This document shows positions 1-11,700 of a stretch of DNA of 64,000 nucleotides, piece by piece. Numbering within the stretch: position 1 is the first letter of the stretch; each line of letters starts with the position of its first letter. Source of the DNA: Pavona decussata (taxonomy: Eukaryota); assembly GCA_977016875.1 (NCBI GenBank), contig CDRNST010000122.1, positions 1,736,001 to 1,800,000 on the forward strand, in the 5' to 3' direction. A program made the translations under genes and the position numbers. The notes beneath the pieces were generated by a model, which saw only the letters and a program-made list of their open reading frames with translations, made no database searches and was not told where the DNA came from.

Positions 1-1285
1 GTGCTCTTCGGTACATATTGTAAGTTAGGAAAATTAGTTATTCCAGAGAAAATATTAAACAAACAATTAACGAACTCATAAAATGATCCTTGTTTCCTTC
101 GCGACACAAAAAGTTGAAGTCGAAACATACCACGAAGTTTGCCTTATAAAACAGAGCCTTGTTCCGAACTAGACCAGTTAAACACAACGTATGCAAATGG
201 TAAATTTCCAAGCTGGCTTTGAGAGTAAATACAATAATTCACTCTCACTGTAATAACGATGCTGGAATTAAACTCTACAGTCTGGCTATCGACTTTATTT
301 AGCTTAACTTTACCCGTTGACGTTCAAAAGAAATTTAAACTCGCTTAGATAGTTTAAACAAGTCTGTAATACAAGAATTGTTATCAGTAAATGGTTCAAT
401 TTTGTCGGTGTTTTAAACCTCGCCTGGACAACAGATTTCTCCGAGAAAGAATGCCAAAGTTATGGTGTTGTCAGCAAGAAGTATTTACCTTTACCGCCTT
501 ATGTGACTAGAATATAAAGCAAGCTATCTATTGCATCCGCCTCTAGTCAGAATGACAGGCTTTATAGCGCGCGTGTGTTTCGACCACAACTGTCACTTTC
601 ATTAACAGGTTTTTGAATGGCTTTACGAATTCGGTTGACGCGCGTGCACTTTATTAAGTATTCGAATTTCTAAAAATAATTATGTTGTGTTCTATTTACT
701 AGATTTGTTGAACAAGCCTTTAAATGCTCCCAATAATTTTATTTAGCCCTTCGGCATATTACTGCAATCATTTATTTTTGTGGGTGTAATTATTTCGGCA
801 GACCCTCGATATGCGAAAAATTATCAACTGCGAGTTCGCTTAGCGGCAGGTGCGACGTATACAAAGGTTTCTATGGTGACGAGTCCCCGATACGTCATAT
901 AATCTTGACACCAAATAACCTTCGTTTGTAAAGTATAAAGTTGCAACTGAAGTGTGAGAGAAGATAAAATCGAGAGAAAAAGAAGCTTGAGTCCAAGAAA
1001 AGAGGTCTTTTCGGCTTTGCTGAAAATCACGTTGTGGCACGCCCGGCCTTCGGTGAGAACCTAAGTGGATAATCGGATTGCGATGTATTTTTAACAACTT
1101 GGAACGACTGTCTGTAAACCATGGAGCGGACTTTTAATTTGTTTGTTGAAACACCGTGGAACAGGAAAACATTATTGATTGTGTGATTGTTCTGGCCATC
1201 AGCGACAGAAGAGGAAGAATCCCTAGTTCAAGAAAGTTCCTTGGCAAAAGCATTTTAAAAATGCAAATTCGACTTCTTTGCCACG

Positions 1286-1504
1286 ATGAAATCAAGCGCA
1301 AGTTTTAGAATAGCATCGAGGTCTTCGAATCTTAGCACGAAAATCAGCAAGCAGAATTTGAATCATAACCCGTCGGAGGCATCTATAGATGGAATATCCT
1401 TTCATTCGAGTTCAATTGAATCTCAAACATGTCACAACTTCGAGCCGATACCAAACGGATACCTGGGAGAACCTTTGGAGGATTTCGATTCCCCGCAAAC
1501 AAAC
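1286..1504 (+). CDS. Nav2: Nav2 coding exon 1 (cytoplasmic N-terminus)
   Basis: Ends in [10 protein letters not shown], the conserved Nav PLEDxD motif; donor GTAAGT at 1505. Start codon inferred. Confidence 0.85.
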
Positions 1505-4500
1505 GTAAGTTAAATAATTGCTAAATATCGATCTAAAGTGAATTTTAAGTTAGGTATACTTTCCGGCTTTATTGTAGTCAGAAAATTACTCGGTTGACAC
1601 TGAAAAATGACAACGTAAAAATTATTCCTGTGGTCATAATAAGTAATCGAGTCGTAAAATATCTGATGCTATTTTTGCTTCCTGCGAATCAGTTACATCC
1701 TATTTTAACCCGATTTAACAACATCTACCGCCGCCAATCGTCCCGAATTTTCTGACGCGAGATCTCCCAAATATACAATTCGCCGGATCAGTTATGTTTT
1801 GTATTACAGAAAAGCTTGCTACAAATTAGTTTCGAGGGAAATTGGAAAATGATCGAGAGAAGACTAAAATTACATCGTTTTTGATCTGCGATCGTGGCGA
1901 AGATACCGGCATAATTTTAGTGGCGCATGATTTGACATGTGAAGCTCAAAATTAATGTCACATAATTTGCACGAATTTGCTGAATCTTCCTTCTTATTAG
2001 CTTTAAAAAAAATAAACAGTGTTGGATGAAAATTGATTTAAAACAGAATCGCAGATTACCCGCAAGGATATTTAAGTGCCACATATGTCGGTTCAAATTA
2101 TTTTCTCTGAAGTCAAGGAATACAAGTTTTCAAGATTTTTCGCCTTTCCTGAGATCTTGGCTTCGAATCTTCATAGAGCCAGGAGGCACGGGTTAGATAT
2201 AAGGATGTTAACTAAGTGTAGTGAGTATCCAGCGATTTTATTATGTAACATAATATTACTTTCTTTTGAACCAACACGCAGAATTAATTGGACAAATCTC
2301 TGAGGAGTTCGAATATCTTGGCAAAAAGGCTTCTTTGCGCCGTCTAAAATTTTCGTATTACCATATTCTAAGTGGAAAATTAAACGTGTTTGCGTTTTTC
2401 TTGTCCTTTCGTTTTCAAATGTTAAACTAGCCAGTAGCTACTCAAACGCTTATTTAGTTTCTTCTTTGGCTTAAAATAACTGTTTATTGTTGGTAAGGAA
2501 ACACATGTCACCGTGTGCCGCAATTTAAATATTTAAGTATTCTGCCAGACTCTGACTGAAATTATTATGAAAAACTAACACTCCTTTGCTCTTAACCCTC
2601 AAGTTTTTCCTAAGAGATTGGATTAAAAATACAAGTTTGTACTTTTTTCGAAGGTTATTGTTAACACACATCAAAGCTTCAGCAAAAAGCACGAAGAACG
2701 GAGTTGAAAAAATCGCCATCTTCGTCTCCACTAAGGCTGTTACATAAAACAATTGGAGAAATATATCATTCGAACCGGGGATTCACATGCAAATAAATAT
2801 AACTCTGTAAATTTTTAAATATTTATAAGCGGTACATGCAAAAACGATGACCCTTTGCACTCGTCTGATACTGTATAAAATAAGCTCGAAAAACAGCATG
2901 CAATTCCCTTCCAACAAACACGACTTTCAACATATTATTTTTCTGTTTGATCTATACGTATTACGTAGAACTTAAAATTTATTTTCTGCACACTTTGCTA
3001 TTCAAAGCACACCTGGGGCTCTTAAACAAGCGATACAAATTATAAGTGGTTTGAAGCTTGAAATGTCAAATCAAGTAAGCAAGCATTTCTGTTGTTACAT
3101 CGCTACAGTTTCGCGAGCTGTTTCCTAAAAAGTCGTTTCCAGTACACTAGAGCATATGAGAGATAATTTGGCCTGTTGTCTCCCACAAAATGCCCTTGCG
3201 TGCAGATTTGAAGTCATTTTTTCTGTTTTAGTCTGTTGTCGGTTTTGGGGGGCGGAAAAAACTACATGTATGCAAGAATGTATCCTCCCAAGTCTGTGGG
3301 ATGTGTATGAATGTGTGGATTTTATGATTTAGAACAATTTCTTGCATGCTTTTTATGACCAGTTCGTTATTCTAATTTTACAAGTCTGTTCATTTGTTTT
3401 ACTTAAAATATTTTAATGATTTTTTTTACCTCGAAGAGAAAACACGAGATTAATAAACTAAACGCAGTAAAGGGCCAAAAATTACTGACTTTGTTACTTA
3501 GCCAACTACCTACTCGGAAGTGAATAGGCGTGACTATGCACTTTGAAATGCATAACTTTTAGATTTATTTTACGAACGCTTTAAGGCAACAATACGGGTC
3601 GGCTTGAGCAGAACGTTTGTTTGTACCACGATAATCGACACAATGCCCAAATACTCTAAAACTCTTGCTTAGTTGTTTTATTATGTCTCTTTTTTATCTC
3701 TCCTCTTTCGTTATTTCATTGTCTCTCTTTCCCTCCTTTTTGGGCTTAGCGAACACTTAATAATTTTTTGTTGCAAATAGCAACAACCACCTGCGGGTTA
3801 ATGTATTCCCTTTCGTTATTTCTTAATTAATTCTATTTGTTGTTTGCTTGCTTGCCTGTTTGTTAAAAAAATAAGACCTCTACTGCCATTCATTCAGAAA
3901 ATTAAATTGGCCACAACATTCGTGAATCGAGAAAATAGTCCAACGCACGGTAAGACAAACCTTTTTCAACGTTGTGCCAGGGCGCCCTGGTTGTGCTCAG
4001 TCATATCAGGTGTTTCCAGTTTGTTGGCATCGCTCAAACATTTAAATTTCTTTCAAAAGAAAGCAACGCACGCACACGCACACACACACACAAAAAAACG
4101 TTTTGTTTCAATGTGGAAAAAACTGAAAAACTAAAGAGGCAGAAACCCCGCCCTATCTGGCTATGAATTACCAATTTTCAAGCGTATGTTTGATCTTTTT
4201 CTAGCTTCTGATTAACATGCGTCGGTCGCGGTAGTGCAATTCCATGTTCTGGATTTCGTGCTACGTACTTACGCAGCTTTTTGTTGTAATCATGTTTTTG
4301 CCTGGTTAACTTTGCGCGAACTCCTTACAATCATAGCGAACAGTGGGAAAAGGTTGAAGACGTTTTGCAAAGGTTAAAATGACCATTTTTGTAAAACCCA
4401 GGATCAATTTGAATCAATCAACGTAGAGTTTCCATCCATTTAGCTTTTGTATATTTCGTATACAAAAGACTTTTAAAACTTATAACACTCCTTGCTTCTT

Positions 4501-5646
4501 TTTTTTAGTTCTAAGCAATGTAATATAAACTTGACTTTACTGTTGTTTTGGCTGAAAATATTGCTTAAAGTAGAAAGATCTTATAGTTAAAAATGACGAA
4601 CTAGTTGACTTTGGAAATATTTTACAAACATGGCCTCTATAATTGAATCTTTTTCAGATAGTGCATATCGTTCGTATAAACGTAAAATACAGTATTTTTA
4701 CATTTGAAACTTATTTGTGCGAGCTGCTTTCAGCTATACTTTAACAATAAGTAGCATCTCATCTGCAAAATGCAACAGCTACAGCTACTTGTAATATTAA
4801 GCAAAATAACGTTGCAGATGAACAACAGAATAATTTTAATTTTTGCCGAGTTTCCTGACTCTAATGCTCTGGCCCCAGTTGTTCAAAGGCCGGATAACTT
4901 TATCCGCTGGATAAGGCACTATTCAGGGTCTAAGATAGACTTCATGTTCAACGCTGTCCAAGGTTTTCGTACACTCCCAAACTTAACTGTGGTTAGAGTG
5001 TGCATATTCGCTTGTACAAGAGGAAATACTGAAATCTTTTCCCAGATTGAAACTGTCGGATAGTGACTTATCCACAGGATAAAGTTATCCGGCCTTTGAA
5101 CAACTGGTGCCTGATCATTTCCGTCGCTATGCTTTTGTTAAAAAAACGTTTTTGTTTATTTCATAACTGTCGTTGTGCTAAATTCAAAATAATCAAAGCC
5201 AATATCAAAGGAAGACATTTCTGAAAAATTTTGCTTATCGAAGCCAGGAAAGTATCATGAAATACCACAATTTGCATTTCCTTTCAATTGTAAATGTGAT
5301 GCAAATGTGGCGTCTCCTGATCACAATGAGGGAAAATAGTTTACACCTAAGTCTCATTTGACTGTCTTAACGTATTTGTGTTTGCTTTTTTCTCTTTCAG
5401 ACATTTCTAATTATAGCTTCTCGCCTTGGAAGACAATGCGTGTTTAGATTTAGCAAGGAGAAATCATTATACTTATTTGGACCATTAAATGCAGTGAGGA
5501 AGGCGATAATTATACTTATTACAAATCAGTATCCTTTCATTTATTCTAAGAGTACCACCGCCTTGATAGCTATGCTGTGAGGATGTACTGTTATGTCATC
5601 GCCATCATTAGTTACCCTTCTAATCCAATAGGATCTAATGCTTCAA

Positions 5647-5706
<60 letters not shown>

Positions 5707-8700
5707 TATCATCATCTTTATTTAAACACGGTATCAGAATCATTTACATGTACAAGAAAAAAGGTCTGCCTTTGAGCCGTGCTAATTAATATGTCATCGC
5801 CATCATTAGTTACCCTTCTAATCCAATAGGATCTAATGCTTCATCATCATCATCATCATCATCATCATAATCATCATCATCATCATTATCATCATCTTTA
5901 TTTAAACACGGTATCAGAATCATTTACATGTACAAGAAAAAAGGTCTTCCTTTGAGCCGTGCTAATTAATATACTGTAACTTAAAATTACAGTTACAGTG
6001 TTTTCGAAACATACCCTAAAATGTACTCTATAGTGAAGGCTACATTAAGCAATCTTCAAATTAGGTTAAGGAATGTGCAAATTAACTGATGCATTTCTCA
6101 AGTTGTAGGAGTAGACATCTGATTCTTTAGTGACAATTTCTCTAAGATATGATGGGGAAGTATTATTGACGATTTCGTACATCAATATGGCGAGCTGTCT
6201 TGCTCTTCTATGGTCCGACCATCTACCAAGAAAAGGCATGTCCTCTGTGTGAAGCTTAGATACACTGACAGCAGCAGATCTTCAAACAGTCCTGATGATC
6301 AAGCACACAGACGCCTTCTTGAAATAGTCAGGAGTTGCTACTGAGGCCAGATCTGCTGGCAAATTGTCCCACTGTTTGGCAGTTCTTTGGATAAAGCTAT
6401 GTTGTTTACTGGAATAAGCTTATTTTATAGTATAATGTCCTTAACTTGACTACAGATTTTTTGAATTTTTTATACTTCTTACCATAATTGTCAATTGTAT
6501 TTTTCTTGCTTTAAAGAATGCACCAGAGGAACCAGAGTACGTATACGTTTTTCATAAATGAATAAATAGCTTTTCTGTGAAGCCAATTAATCAAATCTAC
6601 ATCAGTTATTGAACTTTCCATGTTTTTGTTTGTTGTACTAGGTATGTATTTGCTGCAATTTACACTGTCGAAATGATTCTGAAGATTATAGCGAAAGGAT
6701 TTTGTATGCACAAATTTGCCTATCTTAGAGATCCATGGAACTGGCTAGATTTTGTTGTTGTAATTTTGGGGTAAGTTCTGCATTTCTGTTCCTTGTTTTA
6801 TGTAAATCACTGTTTTTTCATGAAAACGATCCACTGGCTTTGAATCGTTAATTAATTATTACTCCCAACTTAGTTAACGTTAAGTAACGCTGGTCGATCT
6901 TACTAAAGAGCTAGTAACCATAAATGAACACTGAACACAGAAACAGCAAATGAAAGATGAATAAATTAATATAAGGCGCATGTTTCTGTGGTAGGCGGGA
7001 AGACGTTTGGCGTTAATCTCTTGCAGGACTGAGATTCGCTGGTGCTGGGCAACATAGTTCTTTTTTTCTAGGCTTTGTGGTTTACTGATAAAGAGATGGA
7101 CACTGGAAATGTGCTCAAGATAGACCTGCAAAGAAAGATAGTTGACCGTCCTTTCGATTGCTTCTGAAACGAGATGTGGATTCGTATCCCACTCCTGAAA
7201 CCATGTCGATTCGGATATAGAGACGATGGCCGTTTAATTGTAGTTTAATGGAACCAACAATCACTTTAGAGTCGAGATAGAGCTTAGCTAAGCTTAAACC
7301 ATACCTATATTACAGTTCAATGATAGTTCTACAAGATCGAGTCGTGTTTTCGTGCCTCTTTGGCTATCAGTTAATTAATAGTTGATTTTGTGGACTAACT
7401 GTTAAACTGTGGTAGCGGCTTTACATTGCAGCTTCCTTTTTCTCAGTGCATTGTTTAATAATGCGTTATCTCTTCCAAACAGATATATAACTCTTATACC
7501 GAACGTCTACAACTTATCAGGAATCAGGACGTTTCGAGTTCTTCGAGCACTAAGGACTATTTCAACAGTAGAAGGTAAGAATTGTAATGGAACTGAAAAC
7601 TAAGAAATCAATGTTCCCATGTCATTGAGACCGAGTTAGGAAACTTTTCCCAGAAGAGAACTTTGTTTTTTCACCAGCATTCTGAGGCGATTAAAGACTT
7701 CTAAACAGGATCAACACGTCTTTTTTTTCAGTTACCCAATTTACCGCAAACTTCATCGAAACTTTGTTCTTTGCAATGCTGTATCATCGTAACTTAACAC
7801 GTGATTCAAACATTTTCCCTCTATCATCAGGCAAATCGCTTGCCCACCCCCCACCCCCTGAGATGAACTTTCTATCTCTTTTGTTTTTGTTTCAGGTTTA
7901 AAAACAATGGTCAATGCCCTTCTCAAGTCCATGTTGATGTTATCTGATGTGTTGATTCTGACGTTATTTTTTCTGTGTATCTTCGCTTTGGTTGGAATGC
8001 AACTTTTTGTTGGACAACTAAGAAATAAATGCGTCGCTTCACCCCCTTCGCCTGGTTCAATTAGCTACAACAAATATATCGCCAACGAAAGTAAGTACAA
8101 GTTGTAACGCCTTGAATCCCAGTCTATTGTCAAATCCTTCTTAGCTGATCGCTAAGCAGTGAATAGTTTAGCCTTGTCCTTGAAAAGAGTTTGCATTTGT
8201 AACATTAGGGCTGTAGTGATTGACATGTCACAATCACATGATCAATCAGTCGATCACGAAGCGTTAAGGTACATAGATACTTGTTAACAACACTGGCACA
8301 ACTTACTGCCCTCTTAAAAATTGTATGTATGTACTAATATGTGTTCAAGAGTTATGTTGCGTTTTTACCCGACAAAAAGTGAACTAGAGGCTTATTTCGA
8401 ACACTTGAGAAAAATGAGACTTAATTCCTGTAACCGCTTGGACAAAACTGTTACGAAAATTGCGTTAATGATAAATTTCACTAGCAAACGAGTTGCAAAT
8501 CTTCCTCTCTTGAATTAAAGTTGTTTTGTGCCTCCAAAACGTTCCCTTCACTTGCAATGGCATTTTCCCGAAGCAAAACGAAAAGGAGAGAAGACGGAAA
8601 ACTAGTTTTCTTAATATTTAGACGCAGGTATTTAGCGGAAGGGTTTTGCAACTGCGAGTTTGATGTTTATATTTTAAGGAGTTGTGTCTAAGGTTGTAGC

Positions 8701-11700
8701 TTTTCGTGAATCTAAAGGATTATGCAACTTAATTGAGAAAAAAACTGGTTAAACTTCTTTCCTGTAGGTTTTTGGCTTAAAAGTGAAGACGAGGAACCTC
8801 TGGTTTGCGGAACTGCTTCAACTGCACTGTAAGAAAAAACATAATTTTTGGTGTCAAAGTACGGTGAATGATTTCCCTTTGTGATTCTAAATCGCGGTAA
8901 CTACAGTCTACAGGTCAATCACCGGGGATTCGTATAAAAGAATAAAGAGCGAAACGATGCACTCACCTGTTCGTAGAATGAAATAATCTTCCGAGAAAAC
9001 GTTTCGAGAGAAACTGTTCACTTGAACACATATCATGACTAAAAACTGTTGACAAACGTTACACGCTCGTTCGAAGTGTCCCCCGTTTTTCTACAGTCGA
9101 CTCCCGATAACTCGAACTTTCAAGGGAAATTGAAAAAGGTTCGAGTTACCAAGGGTAAAATTATATAGAAAATGACCTGAAAGGAAAGGAAAATTGGTTC
9201 GAGTTAGCGAAGGTTTGAGTTATTGGGAGTCGACTGTGCATTCAGCATTGAATAGGCAAGAATAGTGTGGCATTATCCTTGTTCGATCACCATCATCATC
9301 ATCATCATCATCATCTTCATATCATCACTATCATCAACAACATTCCTTCACGGGCTGCGTTCCCCATAGGGCGCGTATACCGTGGCAAACTCCCTTTAAA
9401 CCCCTCCTCATTTGTTTATCTCATCCTTTTTCTGTGACTTTTTTTCAGTAACTGTCCTGTGAACTACACGTGTTTGTCGACTGGTGAAAACCCAAACTAT
9501 GGCTACACCAACTTTGACAATTTCGCTTGGTCTTTAGTGACTGCTTTCCAACTTATAACAATGGACTTTTGGGAAAACGTTTTTAATTATGTGAGTATTG
9601 AAACATCCATTTCATCTCGTTGTTAGAGTCACTTATTTCAACTACCGAAGAAGAGTTCCTCTTACTTGGCGATTTATTTGAGAACTTAATTAAGCTGCTA
9701 CTAGCAAGGTATTCTGGCAATAAGCTTTCAGTCATGCCCGTGGTTGATGCCGATCGTGTAGTCGTTTTGTAACTTCTGACCCTGGTTACAACTCTGGTGA
9801 TGGATTATTAGAAAAATTTATAAAGAAATGTTTTTTTGTATGTTTAGTTTCTATGATAATGAACTTAGAAACCAGTCGTTTAATTTCAGGAAAGGTGTTG
9901 ACCTCATCATGATTTTATTGAGGTCGAAATGTCGCAATCAACACCTCTGCTACACCAACGTGGGACAAACGAACAATTTTGATCTATCAATCGTCTAACA
10001 TTTCATAACAACTCTTTCAACCGAAAAAAAAGCAACGTTTTCTTTCTTTCTTTTTAATTCATGCAGGTCCTTTCGTCCATGGGTTCTTGGTATGTGTTTT
10101 ATTTCATGTTCGTCGTTTTCTTTGGCTCGTTTTATCTCATTAATCTGGTGCTAGCAGTGGTGGCAGTTTCGTATCAACAGGAAGTAGTGGCAATGCAAGA
10201 AAGGGTAAGAGTTGTTGTGAAAGTACATTTAGGAGTTGTTATCTGGGGTTAAAATACGTCACACTTTAATGGATTTTGTAAATTAACAGTTCATATACGA
10301 CCATTTCCAAGTGAAATTACGTGTATTGCGTTGCGATTCTCGAATGAGACGGATTTTACGGTTGCGAGCTATCCAACACTAGAAATTGGAATCGAGTCGT
10401 CCAAGAAATGGAAGACCGCTTACAGAACAGGCCCCAGTTGTTCAAAGAGTGGGTTACTTTATCCACTGGATAGGTCGAAATTACCTTATCAACTCTTTTC
10501 ACGCAGCTCCACAGTTTGTTTAGAAACTAACCGTCTCAACACTTAAAGAAATGGACAACAATTCCCGTAAATGGATTGTCGTTTCCTGAAGATTACTGAA
10601 ATGGGAGGCCATCTCCATTACCCGAAGTAAACGCCGATCCGTGAGATGTCTGAAATGACAAGTCATTACGAGAAATGGACAGCGTGGATCACGAACTTGC
10701 GTGATAGCCACTTTACACAGTCTTGAGTATATGTGCTTGTGATTTGTCCAGCAAAGATTATTATTGCAAAGTCTTTGAAGGCAGTCGCGGTGACACAACT
10801 CTTCGTTCTATAGGATTTTCTCTTTATTTACTTTTAATTCCGCAAGGGTTCAGTGTTCATATGTTACGACACGACGGCTGGGCAGGGCAACCTTGGTAGC
10901 GACTGACTTTTTGTCTACATTGGGATGTGACTCTCTTTGCAGTTGCGGTTTGCTGCAACTACAATTTCAATTTGAATTGCGGCTGCCTCCAATGCTACCC
11001 TTACTCACCCTACGTAAAAACTTTTTGCTTTGATGCTCACATCAAAGTTTGATGACTAATATCAATTGTTTGTTTGTTTGTTTGTTTGTTTGTTTGTTTA
11101 CAGGACACAAACTATGAAGAACTAAAAGCTGTCATGTCTTCTTATTCATTTCATGGACGTGCAGTACCTAAGCGCCTTGCTGAAAGTGCAAAATTAAAAC
11201 CTGAAGCACTGGTAACAAAATGCAAAATGTCACTCTGTGTTCCTTGCTTCAAAAGCACGTCGCGCTCAAAAACTCAAGAATCGAATGGCGTTACTAATGC
11301 AAATCAGTCTGACGGAAGTCATGTGAGTTTGCGTTACTCACCAAGTGGATCTAACGCGACAGAAATGAAATCTGTAACAGTGGAGTGTTCTACGGTTTCG
11401 GATAAAAATGACAACATTGCTGCGAAGGAAGTACCAAATGGAAGTGACCTACAAATAAGGTTGACTCCTGTCACTTCTACGCCAATCCATCAGCCTCAAC
11501 CTTGTAGTGCCTCTGTAACAAAGGATGTTCAACCAGAAACTAGCGCAGCTTCAAAACCAAAATTGTTAGACGTACGGCCATCTTGGACCAGAGCGTTAAG
11601 CGTTATAAGTGAGAATGAATCAACAGACGCTGATAATCACGTTTTGAACGAAGACGATTGTAATGGCAAGAAAAAAGTTAAATTCCCTGGGAAATCCCCA

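Larger units (their letters stand above)
5529..6455 (+). other. U12-type (minor spliceosome) GT-AG intron
   Basis: 5' site GTATCCTTT; branch TCCTTAAC at 6438-6445 close to the AG at 6454-6455; no polypyrimidine tract. Confidence 0.93.

Noticed and set aside
5577-5789. Poly-Ser ORF
   Set aside because: Translation of the (TCA)n LINE tail within an intron.
7160-7215. CTGAAACGAG...GAAAC with an internal stem
   Set aside because: Core spacing is non-canonical and there is no convincing stem I or III.
9890-9950. Partial hammerhead-like motif (GACCTCA...TGAGGTCGAAATGTC, GGTGTTG/CAACACC)
   Set aside because: The CUGANGA box is missing; at most a dead Penelope-like relic.
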